Assembly: GCA_963765495.1 (NCBI GenBank)
Contig: CAVXWP010000009.1
Coordinates: forward strand, 704,001-768,000
DNA length: 64,000 nucleotides
Direction: 5' to 3'
DNA from: Blastocatellia bacterium
GTDB taxonomy: Bacteria > Acidobacteriota > Blastocatellia > UBA7656
A program made the position numbers and the translations under genes. Positions 50,385 through 59,926 of the stretch are shown here, in pieces. The notes beneath the pieces were generated by a model. It did no database searches. It was not told the origin of the DNA and saw nothing but the letters and a program-made list of their open reading frames with translations. The first letter of the stretch is position 1, and each line of letters starts with the position of its first letter.

Positions 50385-52489
50385 TCGCTCCTTATTTCTG
50401 AAAATTTCTTTATCAAACAGGTGAAATTGTTGCCGCTCGCGTCGCGGCCATAAGTCAACTCATCAACAAGCTGCTCGATGATAAACAGTCCGAACCCGCC
50501 GTCACGCGAGCCGTCGAATGAAGGCGGGCTCACCGATTGCGGATCGAAGACCTCTCCCCGATGACACAGGCGCAGCGTGAAGCGGTCGGCTGTCACGCTT
50601 GCATCCAAAATAACAGGCTGGTCGGCGCGGCCTCTGTATGCGTGTCTCATTATGTTGCTCACGGCTTCGTTGACGGCAAGCTCAAGCTCGGTTGCAACCT
50701 CCTGGCTCACATTCAGGATCGAGACCCTGTCCAGGACTTTTCGAACAAAGGCGCGAGCCGCCCCGAGTTCCGACAGATTGCTTAGGATTTCTGCTCTTTC
50801 CCGAACCAGATAGAATTCGTCTTCGGTGCCTGAGATCTTGACCACGATCAGGGTGAAGTCATCGGAGAGGTTTTCAGAGCCCGCGAAAGATGTAACGGCC
50901 AGCCTTATAACAGTCAATAGCTGTTGTGGATTGAGGCGGTTGTAATTCTCTACTAACTCGGCCAGCCGCTCTTCGCCAAACATTTCGCCCTGCGGGTTGC
51001 GCGCTTCGGTTATGCCGTCGGAGTAAAAGAGGAAAACGTCCCCGGCTTCGAGCGGGATCGAGAACTGTCTGTATATCTCTCCGTCGCTGAATCCGAGCGG
51101 CATATTATCGCCTTGCAGGGTTCCGCACATACCCGTGCGTCGCCAGAATCTGATTGTCCGCGTGTGACCGCAATCGACCAGCTCGACACGCCGACCGCTC
51201 GTATCGAACCGCGCATAACAGATAGTTGAGAAGCTTTCGAGTGCGATCAACTGCCGGGTCATTTCGTTGTGCACAAACATTACAATCTCTTCGGGTGAAA
51301 GCAGGCTCTCGCGGCTCATGGCTCTGAGGAAGCTGGTCTTTGTAGCCGCGCCGACCAGGGCCGCCGGAATGCCTTTGCCCATGACATCGCCGATCAGCAC
51401 ATCCATGCACTCGTCGCTGTGCTTTATAAAGTCATAGAAATCGCCGTCGATGTACTGCGACGGTATCGTGAGCGCCGCCAGTTTCACCCCCGCGATTCCT
51501 TCGGGCGTTTTGCCTACTAAAAGCGATTGCTGAATCTTTGACCCGATCTCGATCTCCTGTTGCAATCGCTCGCTTTCAATCGCCGCCCTGTGGAGGAAGT
51601 CGTTCTCTGTTACCATCACGGCCTGAAGCGTGAGCGTCTGCAAAAGCCTTATCGAGTGCGAGTCGAATACCAGTCCCTCGCCCTCGTACCAGACTTCAAG
51701 CGCGCCGGCCAGCCCCTGTCTGGTGGCCGCCGGAACTATGGCTACGTTTGTTGCGCGGGCAAGCTCTACGTCATCACCTTTTCGCCCGGCAATCTTTGTC
51801 TGGTCGTTTAAGACGAGCGGAGAGCCCGCTGCAATGGCTTTGCCGACAAGGCCCCCCTGCAAGGGCCTGTTTTCAAGATCGGAAATATTCTTCGATACCA
51901 AGGGCGTGAGCGAGCCCTCCGATTCCAGCCAGAAGACGGCTCGCGTACCTTCCCAGATCGAGGTTGCCCGGTCAATTATTCTGTCGAGCAGTTCTGTCGA
52001 ATTCCGCGTAGCTCTTATATCCGAACTGACTTCATAGACGGCTTCCAGGCTTTCCCAGCTTGCGCTCAATTCCTCAAGCAATAGCTCTTCGCGTTTCTCG
52101 CGCTCGATACGGGTTGCTGCTGTTTGCGACAGATAATCAATAATGCCCGGAAGAAACAGGTGTTGATGGTCATAGCATACGATTACTTCACCCAGGTCCT
52201 GCGAATCGCAATCGACCCGGGTCGAGGTGAAATACCTGTCGCAGACCTGAAGCCTTTCCCGACAGGCTGGCAATTTGCCTGCCGCCTGCGAACACGCGCA
52301 CTCTTTGCGCGATGCAAGCCAGCAGATGGATGACTCGCGGATAAAGGCGATGGCCGCGTCTGTGTTTCCGGCAATCGGCGTTATGGCCCGGCTGAGTTCA
52401 TCCAAAAACAGACGGCTCAATCCATCCGGGTCAGCCTCGAACCTGAATTCGAATAGACTTCCGGTATATGCCTGTAATTCAACGCTCAT
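50381..52489 (-). CDS. GAF-SpoIIE (PP2C) phosphatase fused to RsbW-like kinase/HATPase
   Basis: DGDFYD, IGDVMGKG, YSDGITEA, DDFT; then ELAVNEAVSNIMRHAY, GGFGLFII. Confidence 0.9.
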   Translation of the reverse strand: MSVELQAYTGSLFEFRFEADPDGLSRLFLDELSRAITPIAGNTDAAIAFIRESSICWLASRKECACSQAAGKLPACRERLQVCDRYFTSTRVDCDSQDLGEVIVCYDHQHLFLPGIIDYLSQTAATRIEREKREELLLEELSASWESLEAVYEVSSDIRATRNSTELLDRIIDRATSIWEGTRAVFWLESEGSLTPLVSKNISDLENRPLQGGLVGKAIAAGSPLVLNDQTKIAGRKGDDVELARATNVAIVPAATRQGLAGALEVWYEGEGLVFDSHSIRLLQTLTLQAVMVTENDFLHRAAIESERLQQEIEIGSKIQQSLLVGKTPEGIAGVKLAALTIPSQYIDGDFYDFIKHSDECMDVLIGDVMGKGIPAALVGAATKTSFLRAMSRESLLSPEEIVMFVHNEMTRQLIALESFSTICYARFDTSGRRVELVDCGHTRTIRFWRRTGMCGTLQGDNMPLGFSDGEIYRQFSIPLEAGDVFLFYSDGITEARNPQGEMFGEERLAELVENYNRLNPQQLLTVIRLAVTSFAGSENLSDDFTLIVVKISGTEDEFYLVRERAEILSNLSELGAARAFVRKVLDRVSILNVSQEVATELELAVNEAVSNIMRHAYRGRADQPVILDASVTADRFTLRLCHRGEVFDPQSVSPPSFDGSRDGGFGLFIIEQLVDELTYGRDASGNNFTCLIKKFSEIRSE

Positions 52490-52493
52490 CGTG

Positions 52494-52916
52494 TCAGGCC
52501 ACCTCAGCCCGGTTTGAAATCAGAGGCGCTACTCCGCTGTCGAGCAGCTTTTTTATCAACGTAGTAGGAGCCGCGGGTTTGACACAATGAAAGCTGGCAC
52601 CGGCTTCTGACACTTCACTCGACATCCCCTCAAACGAGCGTGCAGTGAGAATGCCTATCTTTACATGGTCGTGATGATGATTGGCCCTCACCCGTTTGAG
52701 CACATCCAGACCCGAGAGCCCCGGCATCACAAGGTCTAGCAACAGGCCATCCGGCTCGAATCGCTCGATCATCTCAAGCGCCTGCTCACCGCTCGTGGCC
52801 ACGCGCACCTGATAGCATTCCTTCTTGAGCACATACTCCATGAGCCTTGCAATGTGGCGCTCGTCATCTACCACAAGTATCCTGGCCGGGCGCGATATAA
52901 ATGATTCTTTGGACAC
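52494..52916 (-). CDS. single-domain response regulator
   Basis: ILVVDDE, LLDLVMPGLSG, LTA, KP. Confidence 0.88.
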   Translation of the reverse strand: MSKESFISRPARILVVDDERHIARLMEYVLKKECYQVRVATSGEQALEMIERFEPDGLLLDLVMPGLSGLDVLKRVRANHHHDHVKIGILTARSFEGMSSEVSEAGASFHCVKPAAPTTLIKKLLDSGVAPLISNRAEVA

Positions 52917-53049
52917 TAATCCCTCAATTCTCGATTCAAGAGCTGGCTTTGCCTATGGCAGTCAATGACTCAGCCGGTTGGGGGCAGGGCAAGTTGTCTT
53001 TATCCGCACCTCAGATAGTCTGGGCCGACAAATAGGTATCACAGTCAAG

Positions 53050-53066
53050 AGCAAGATATATGCCGC
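53050..53066 (-). promoter_or_regulatory. putative sigma54 (-24/-12) promoter
   Basis: Minus strand gcGGcatatatcttGCt: GG-N10-GC with TTGCT, about 135 nt upstream of the response regulator. Confidence 0.45.
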
Positions 53067-53230
53067 TTTCCGTACCTTTACAGTCGAGCGGCGCAAGTAT
53101 TAGATTCGTTATCTTTAATTGGCCTTTCGCGTGAGGGCCACAGATTCAGGCGGCATTTGATGTGGAAATCCGAGCCACCTGGCCTGGGGCGGAAAGGGGC
53201 AGCAGGCCAGGTTGTGTGGCAGTCTGTACT

Positions 53231-53322
53231 TGAAGAGTGAAGAGTGAAGAGTGATGCGTGATGCGTGAAGGTGGATTTGTTGTTTTGACTCGCTGCTATT
53301 TCCGGTCACGCATCACGCATCA
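53231..53322. repeat. inverted heptamer array element (TGAAGAG)3(TGATGCG)2 / (TCACGCA)2
   Basis: Direct reading; right arm lies 6 nt from the glgP-remnant stop. Confidence 0.8.
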
Positions 53323-53328
53323 TTCTTC

Positions 53329-53484
53329 TCATACGCTCTTAACGCCCCAAATATTTTTCGCATATTCGCGGATGGTCAGGTCTTCCCATCTCTTTGCAAC
53401 CGTGTATCTTGAGTGGAGAAGAATCGCCTCGCGCAACTGGCTCACACTCTTGATAGAAGTCTTCTGCTCGTCGCAGATCATCAT
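53329..53484 (-). pseudogene. glgP: glycogen/starch phosphorylase remnant: N-terminus fused in frame to the last 15 residues
   Basis: RBS ggagg; MMICDEQKTSIKSVSQLREAILLHSRYTVAKRWEDL-TIREYAKNIWGVKSV*; TIREYA..IW is the canonical GlgP C-terminus. Confidence 0.7.
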
Positions 53485-53570
53485 AGCCTCACCTCCCGCG
53501 CAGGGTTGATCCCTGCCTTGTCAAATTGCTTAAAGGGGCCGCGCTCAATCCGCCGGGCTGACCTGCGATC

Positions 53571-54131
53571 TCAGGCCGCGTTTTCGTATTGAGGAAACCA
53601 TCCCATCAATTCTCGAAATGTCAGAGCGGTACGGTCTCTGTGCGACAGGGTCGGCAGATTGACGGGCCACTCGATGCCAAGCTCGGGGTCGTTCCACATC
53701 AGATGAATCTCGTCTGACGGGTTATAAAAGCCCGTACACTTGTACTCTACCTGCGCCGCCTCGCTCGTTACGCAAAAGCCGTGGGCAAACCCCGGCGGGA
53801 TATAACATTGCCGCGCGCTTTCAGCCGATAACATTACCGCTACCCATCGGCCAAAGGTCGGCGAGCCTTTGCGGATGTCAACCGCTACATCGAATACCTC
53901 TCCCTCGATGACCCTTACAAGCTTGCCCTGCGGGTTTCTGCGCTGGGCATGAAGCCCGCGAAGAGTATGGCGAGACGAACGAGAATAGTTGTCCTGCACG
54001 AAGTTTGCTGTAATGCCGCCCTCGGCATATTTTCGCGCATTGAAGGTCTCAAGAAAAAAACCTCGCTCGTCGCAGTATATGTCCGGCTCGACGACGATTA
54101 TTTCGGGTATTTCGGTCCTTATGAATTTCAT
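53571..54131 (-). CDS. rfbC: dTDP-4-dehydrorhamnose 3,5-epimerase
   Basis: [32 protein letters not shown]. Confidence 0.93.
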   Translation of the reverse strand: MKFIRTEIPEIIVVEPDIYCDERGFFLETFNARKYAEGGITANFVQDNYSRSSRHTLRGLHAQRRNPQGKLVRVIEGEVFDVAVDIRKGSPTFGRWVAVMLSAESARQCYIPPGFAHGFCVTSEAAQVEYKCTGFYNPSDEIHLMWNDPELGIEWPVNLPTLSHRDRTALTFRELMGWFPQYENAA

Positions 54132-55006
54132 GCGTACACCTCCTGCTCAAGCATCTTCATCAGATATTGGCCATAACTATTGTTCTTCATCACCTCTGCG
54201 GAGCGTATGACCCTGTCAACCGTGATATAACCCATGCGATAGGCGATCTCTTCTATGCAGGCCACCATCAACCCCTGCCGCTCCTGCAATGTCTGTATGA
54301 AGGTCGATGCCTGCGTGAGCGATTCATAGGTCCCCGTATCGAGCCACGCGATGCCGCGTCCCAACCGCTCGACGTGCAGCGCGTTCATCCGCAGATAGGC
54401 GAGGTTGACATCGGTTATTTCAAGCTCGCCGCGCGCAGACGGCTTTAATTCACTCGCTATATCAACCACACAGTTGTCGTAAAAATAGAGACCCGTGACC
54501 GCGTGATTGGAGCGAGGGTTGACGGGTTTCTCTTCGAGATTTATGGCTCGCGCTCTCTCATTGAATTCGACCACGCCGTATCGCTCGGGGTCGCGCACCT
54601 GATAGGCGAATATCATGGCCCCCGAAGTTTGCCGCGCCGCGCGTTGCAGGTATTGCGAGAGGTTGTCTCCATAAAAGATATTGTCCCCCAAAACCAGCGC
54701 TACGGGACTGCTGCCTACAAACTCGCGGCCAATGATGAAAGCCTGCGCGAGGCCATCGGGCGCAGGCTGAATCTCGTATTGAATCTCAATCCCCAGGTCT
54801 GAACCGTCTCCGAGCAGTCGCATGAACTGCAATTGATCGTGCGGTGTAGTGATAATCAGAATCTCGCGGATTCCTGCCAGCATCAGCGTCGAGAGCGGAT
54901 AGTAGATCATCGGCTTGTCATAGACGGGCAGTAGTTGTTTGCTCACGGCTCGCGTCATCGGATACAGGCGCGTGCCCGACCCGCCAGCCAGAATAATGCC
55001 TTTCAT
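54128..55006 (-). CDS. rfbA: glucose-1-phosphate thymidylyltransferase
   Basis: [42 protein letters not shown]. Confidence 0.95.
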   Translation of the reverse strand: MKGIILAGGSGTRLYPMTRAVSKQLLPVYDKPMIYYPLSTLMLAGIREILIITTPHDQLQFMRLLGDGSDLGIEIQYEIQPAPDGLAQAFIIGREFVGSSPVALVLGDNIFYGDNLSQYLQRAARQTSGAMIFAYQVRDPERYGVVEFNERARAINLEEKPVNPRSNHAVTGLYFYDNCVVDIASELKPSARGELEITDVNLAYLRMNALHVERLGRGIAWLDTGTYESLTQASTFIQTLQERQGLMVACIEEIAYRMGYITVDRVIRSAEVMKNNSYGQYLMKMLEQEVYA

Positions 55007-55146
55007 ACCATACCTCCGGTATATGTGAATCGTTGCTTTGTATAAAAAGAAGGGGCAGCAGAAAAAATCATCAGGTAGCGAGTCGAATCATCGCCCGGCA
55101 ATCTGAATATCTATTGCCGGATTGCGAACCGCTGATTCAACCATTG

Positions 55147-56238
55147 TCAATGCTCGTTTCCTTTGACGCCGAGCCGCTCGCGTCGATACTTATTTGCCTG
55201 AACCGTTTCGCACCATTCGCGATTGTCGAGATACCAGCAAACGGTATTCTTTATCCCTGTCTCAAAGCTGTGCGAGGGTTTCCACCCCAGTTCCGTTCGA
55301 ATCTTGCTCGCGTCAATCGCGTAGCGGCGGTCGTGGCCGGGTCTGTCTTTAACAAACTTTTTGAGATCGCTGTAACTTGTGATGCCGCGCGCCCGCATCG
55401 CGAGGTTTTCGGGCGCAGGAAGCAACACTTCGAGCACGCCGCAGATTCTATCCACGACCTGAAGGTTCGTCCTTTCATTCCCGCCGCCGATGTTGTACTT
55501 CTCGCCCGGCTTGCCGTGTCTGAGCGCCTGCAATATGCCCGAACAGTGGTCTTCAACATAGAGCCAGTCTCGAATATTTCCGCCGTCGCCGTAAATGGGA
55601 AGCCGCTTGCCCTCGACGGCGTTCAATAGCGTGAGCGGGATCAGCTTTTCCGGGAACTGGTAAGGTCCGTAGTTATTCGAGCAGTTGGTAATTACAGCGG
55701 GCAACCCGTAAGTCTCAAAATAGGCCCGGACCAGGTGATCGGCTGCGGCCTTTGATGCCGAATACGGCGAGTTTGGCGCGTAGGGAGTCGTCTCTGAAAA
55801 CAGCCCCGACGGCCCGAGCGTGCCGTAAACCTCATCGGTCGAAACATGGAGAAAGCGAAACGCCTGTCGCCTTCTTGCGTCGAGTTTCGCTACGTATTTG
55901 CGCAAGGCTTCAAGCAGCATAAACGCGCCGACTATGTTTGTGTCTATAAACGGACGCGGGTTGTCAATGGCGCGATCCACGTGAGTTTCAGCCGCGAAGT
56001 TCAACACCGACTGCGGGCGATGCTCGCGGAGAACCGTTTCGACGGCTTCAGAGTCAGCGATGTCTGCCTGAATAAATACGAAGCGCGGCTCGTTCATCAA
56101 ATCTTCGAGTGTGCAGAGGTTTCCGGCATAGGTGAGCTTGTCGATCACGACTATGCGTGCATCTGTCTGCGCCAGCGCGTAGCGGACGAAATTCGCTCCG
56201 ATAAAGCCCGCGCCTCCGGTTACGATCATTGTTTCCAT
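55147..56238 (-). CDS. rfbB: dTDP-glucose 4,6-dehydratase
   Basis: TGGAGFIG, AAETHVDR, STDEVYG, YSASK, DRPGHDRRY. Confidence 0.95.
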   Translation of the reverse strand: METMIVTGGAGFIGANFVRYALAQTDARIVVIDKLTYAGNLCTLEDLMNEPRFVFIQADIADSEAVETVLREHRPQSVLNFAAETHVDRAIDNPRPFIDTNIVGAFMLLEALRKYVAKLDARRRQAFRFLHVSTDEVYGTLGPSGLFSETTPYAPNSPYSASKAAADHLVRAYFETYGLPAVITNCSNNYGPYQFPEKLIPLTLLNAVEGKRLPIYGDGGNIRDWLYVEDHCSGILQALRHGKPGEKYNIGGGNERTNLQVVDRICGVLEVLLPAPENLAMRARGITSYSDLKKFVKDRPGHDRRYAIDASKIRTELGWKPSHSFETGIKNTVCWYLDNREWCETVQANKYRRERLGVKGNEH

Positions 56239-56309
56239 ATCTGTTCAAAACTCCTTTGATATCGGCAATTGCCTTTTTCCCAACTATTCATATCCATTTC
56301 GGCCGACAC

Positions 56310-56903
56310 TTACCGATAATTCATTACTACGGCTTCCTCGACCTGATTTTCAACTCGTTGATTTTCAGCTCGTTGATTTTCATCTCGTCGATTTTCAACC
56401 CGTTTTTTGGGTTTGACCTTTGCCGGGATGCCTACGGCTATGGAATCCGTCGGAACGTCGGTCAGCACTACGGCGTTCGCGCCGATGGCGACATCATCGC
56501 CTATGTGAATCTCTCCGAGGATTTTCGCGCCCGCCCCGATGTCAACCCGATTGCCGATTACAGGTGCGCCTCTCACTCCCGTTCGCCTCAACCCTACGGT
56601 GACGCCGTTGCGAATCACAACGTCATCTCCGAACCGGGCATCACCGCTGATGATGATGTCGCCGAAATGCTCTATCTTGAACCGGCGGCCCACCGTGACT
56701 TCGCATGGCAGATCGATGCCGGTCAGAATCTGGCTTATGACTTTCATGATTTTGTAGCAGATTGAAAACGGGACGCGAACAAACCCCGGCCTGATCTTGT
56801 ATCGCCACCGCCCGAAACGATAGACCGCCATCACCCAAAGCCCCTGGCGGAAAATATCTCTTTCGTATACCTGCCAATCTTCGCGGATATTACTGAACAT
56901 CAC
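56310..56903 (-). CDS. serine O-acetyltransferase-like (CysE family) hexapeptide acetyltransferase
   Basis: YRFGRW, IEHFG.III, APVIGNRVDIGAGAKILG, GANAVV, VGIPA. Confidence 0.85.
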   Translation of the reverse strand: MMFSNIREDWQVYERDIFRQGLWVMAVYRFGRWRYKIRPGFVRVPFSICYKIMKVISQILTGIDLPCEVTVGRRFKIEHFGDIIISGDARFGDDVVIRNGVTVGLRRTGVRGAPVIGNRVDIGAGAKILGEIHIGDDVAIGANAVVLTDVPTDSIAVGIPAKVKPKKRVENRRDENQRAENQRVENQVEEAVVMNYR

Positions 56904-56936
56904 TTGAACTCCTGAACACGTGCGAAGCCTGCTCGT

Positions 56937-57620
56937 TCAGCCGCGCAATGCGGCCGTCAACATGCCTTCGATGTCGGCGAATCGCCTCATGTAGTCTTCG
57001 TAACTGGCTCGTATCACGTTCAATGCCTCCTGCCGCCCGTAAACGTCTGTTATCTCGGTCTTCGATTTGGCCGAGCCGGGCGCGCCCTTGTAGGTCAGAA
57101 AGTAATGCTGGAGCCTGTCTATCACGGAGCGGGGGCAGTCTTCGATGTCTTTCCAGTTTCCGTAGGCCACGTCTTCTTTCATCACGGCTATGATCTTGTC
57201 GTCGGCCTCTTCTCCGTCGATCATGCTGAGTCCGCCAATCGGGACGGCCTGCAATAATATATTGCCGTGCGAGATCGCTTTTTCCGTAAGCACGCAGATG
57301 TCGAGCGGGTCGCCATCGCCTACGATGTCTTGGCGGCCCGCCCGCTTGCTCAAGAGTTCGGCCACGCGCTCGCCGCAAAATGTTTGCGGGATGAGGCCGT
57401 AGGGCGAGGGGCAGACGTTTGAGAATCTCTGAGGGCGATCAACCTTCAGGATTCCCGTTGTTTTATCCATCTCATACTTGACCGTGTCTGTAGGCACGAT
57501 TTCTATGTAGGCCGTCACCACATCGGGCGCGTCATCTCCGATTGAGACGCCGTGCCACGGGTGAGCCTTAAAGAGCAACCCCATCAATTTCCACAATGGT
57601 TCCTGTGCGTTTCCACTCAT
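56937..57620 (-). CDS. ppa: inorganic pyrophosphatase (family I)
   Basis: HPWHG, KYEMDK, YGLIPQT, GDGDPLDICV, DDKII. Confidence 0.9.
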   Translation of the reverse strand: MSGNAQEPLWKLMGLLFKAHPWHGVSIGDDAPDVVTAYIEIVPTDTVKYEMDKTTGILKVDRPQRFSNVCPSPYGLIPQTFCGERVAELLSKRAGRQDIVGDGDPLDICVLTEKAISHGNILLQAVPIGGLSMIDGEEADDKIIAVMKEDVAYGNWKDIEDCPRSVIDRLQHYFLTYKGAPGSAKSKTEITDVYGRQEALNVIRASYEDYMRRFADIEGMLTAALRG

Positions 57621-57635
57621 AGTTACCTCATCTCC

Positions 57636-58631
57636 TCACCAGGGGCGCGGCGGCGAGACAAGCCCTCCGCGCGTCTCCTGCCACGCCTGTCGCATCAGCA
57701 CCGCTATCGTCTGCGAGTCTTTCGCTTTCGCCTGCCGCTCGCCGTCACCGCTCGACCGGTTCTTTCTGGCGCGCAACGTGTGCCACAAAGATTCAAGCCG
57801 CATCGCCCCCCACGCCCCTTTCAACCCGTGATGCTTTCGATAATAAAGCAGAGCGCTCCTCATTCGCCAAAGCGTAAGCTGCGAGCCCGCAGATGACATC
57901 GAAAGATACTTGATAGTTTTTGATGACTCGCCTCCGATGTGCTCCACAACAACCTCGGGCCAGTACCATATCGAGTATCCCGCCGATTTGATTCTGCGGC
58001 AAAGGTCCACCTCTTCACAGTAGAGAAAAAACTTCTCATCAAAGTATCCCACTTTTTCGAGCGTTTCGCGGCGAATAATCGAGAAGGCCCCGGGAACCCA
58101 ATCGACCTCGGCGGCTTCCTCAGGGTCTGCCCACGTCCGGTCGAATCGGCCAAAAAAGCGCGAGCGCGGATATTTGCCTGCAAGCCCCGAAAGAATGATT
58201 ATCTCATCAAGCACCGACGGAAACTTTCTGGCCGAAGGCTGCCACGAACCGTCCCGCCCTACCAGTTGCGCACCGGCAAGACCTGTGCGCTCGTCAGCGT
58301 CCATCTTTTCAAGCGCCTTTGGCAGAGCGCCGGGCCGCAGAAAGGCATCCGAGTTTAACAGTACTACGTGGCGGCCCTTTGCGATTTGAAAGCCGCGATT
58401 ATTTGCCGCGCCAAATCCCAGATTCACATCGCTGCGGATCAATTTTGCTTCGGGAAAGACGCGCTCGACCATCTCAGCCGAGCCGTCCTTTGAAACGTTG
58501 TCAACGACTATGGTTTCGTAGCATACGCCCCCGGCATGCTTTGCAAGCGTAGCCATGCATTCGCGCAGCAGATCGCGCGTGTTAAAAGAAACGATCACTA
58601 CGGAAGCATCCGGTTGCAAATCGTGTGTCAT
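57636..58631 (-). CDS. glycosyltransferase family 2
   Basis: SVVIVSFN, VVDN.S.DGS, NLGFGAANN, LLNSD, FFLYCEEVDLC; start ATG 58631. Confidence 0.9.
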   Translation of the reverse strand: MTHDLQPDASVVIVSFNTRDLLRECMATLAKHAGGVCYETIVVDNVSKDGSAEMVERVFPEAKLIRSDVNLGFGAANNRGFQIAKGRHVVLLNSDAFLRPGALPKALEKMDADERTGLAGAQLVGRDGSWQPSARKFPSVLDEIIILSGLAGKYPRSRFFGRFDRTWADPEEAAEVDWVPGAFSIIRRETLEKVGYFDEKFFLYCEEVDLCRRIKSAGYSIWYWPEVVVEHIGGESSKTIKYLSMSSAGSQLTLWRMRSALLYYRKHHGLKGAWGAMRLESLWHTLRARKNRSSGDGERQAKAKDSQTIAVLMRQAWQETRGGLVSPPRPW

Positions 58632-59926
58632 GGTCTTCCTCCTTCGGAATTGGCGCGCTCGGTGCGGACCCACTCTGCGTCTTTTTTTGCCGTGCGTATC
58701 ATCATAGGAATCAATGCCGCCTTCCAGGCTATGTAAAAAGGAGCGGCTGCGAGCGCGGCTAAATCTCTCAACCCGCCGCCTCCGACATAGATCGCCGCGA
58801 GTATGTGTGAAGCGACCGCCGCAAGCGCCGCGAGCGCATAAGTCCTTGTCGGGGCGAACCCCACGGCGAGCGCCGCAAGCAAAAGCAGTACGTGAAAGGC
58901 CAAAGGCAGGAGCAACAATTCGAGCAGAGGCTCGATCAATTTCAATCGCCCGGTCATGACGCTTTTTGCGAGCGAGGGCGCAAGCTTTCCTATCATCTGG
59001 AACCTGCCGCCTTCCCATCTGGCCCGCTGGGTCTTTGCCCCGCGCCCGCCCGCAGGCATTTCGGCCCTGACCGTAACCGCGTCGGCGAAGCGAACACGGC
59101 GGCCTGCCCTGACGAGACGCAGATGGTATTCGAGGTCTTCGACCAAGGAAACGGCGGTGTAGGGAACCGCGAGAAGCGTCTCTCGCGTGAGCGCAAAACC
59201 GTTGCCGAGTATCCCGCACGAAAGCCCCAGACGGTCTCGCCCGCGCGGCCTCAGCACATTGAATGCGAGCAGCGCCGCGTGCCCCGCTGTCGCGTTCAAC
59301 GCCAGCGAACGGAGGCCGGGGCTTGCGGGTCTGCGATCACTTTGATTGACCTCCATAAGCGGGCGGGAATCCTTTTCGATCCACCACTGAGTAGGCAACT
59401 CCGAATCCGACACGCGGGTGAGCGCGACTACATCGCCGGGCGCGAGTTCGGGCGCGTCCTCATCGACCAGAAACCTCGGAGAGCCGTCGATCTTGCTCTG
59501 GCGTGATTCGACTATCGAACCGTGTCGCCCCGCCGAGGTGCCTGTCAGCACATCGAATCGAGCACCAGTCCAGAAACCGTCGGCGCGGGCCAGTATCGCG
59601 GTGTCATCTGAAAACCCCGATGCATCGGCTCTGCTGACGATCACGATTGCGCGATCAATGACGCCTTCAAAACCGGGATTCTTTAACACGTTTGACGACA
59701 ACTGCTCTGCCCCCCACGATGTCCACGTACCGATATTCACTCCAAACCGCTTCACATCCGAAACCTGTCGCGCTGATTCAATTTCGAAACTCGCGCTGCC
59801 TGCCCGCGCAGACTTTGACTCGCGGGCGAAAAGCCGCCCAAGCATTGATCCGCCTCTTGTGTTACATGTCGCCGAAAAGCAGAGCGCAGTCGAGACGGCG
59901 ATCATTATCAGGGTCTTTCGTTTCAC
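58628..59926 (-). pseudogene. in-frame chimera: N-terminus of a secreted carbohydrate-active-like protein joined to the C-terminal half of a GT2 glycosyltransferase
   Basis: Signal peptide, RFGVNIG..WGAEQ, NPGFEG, then abrupt switch near 59275 to LLAFNVLRPRGR..GNGF..SLVEDLEY..QRARW; the GT2 DxD half is absent. Confidence 0.6.

Noticed and set aside
58632-59219. Long N-terminal extensions in the ORF track (57636-59219, 10017-12116, 27635-28291, 59923-61263)
   Set aside because: They overlap upstream genes in another frame; downstream ATGs with RBS or stop-start overlaps match the domain starts
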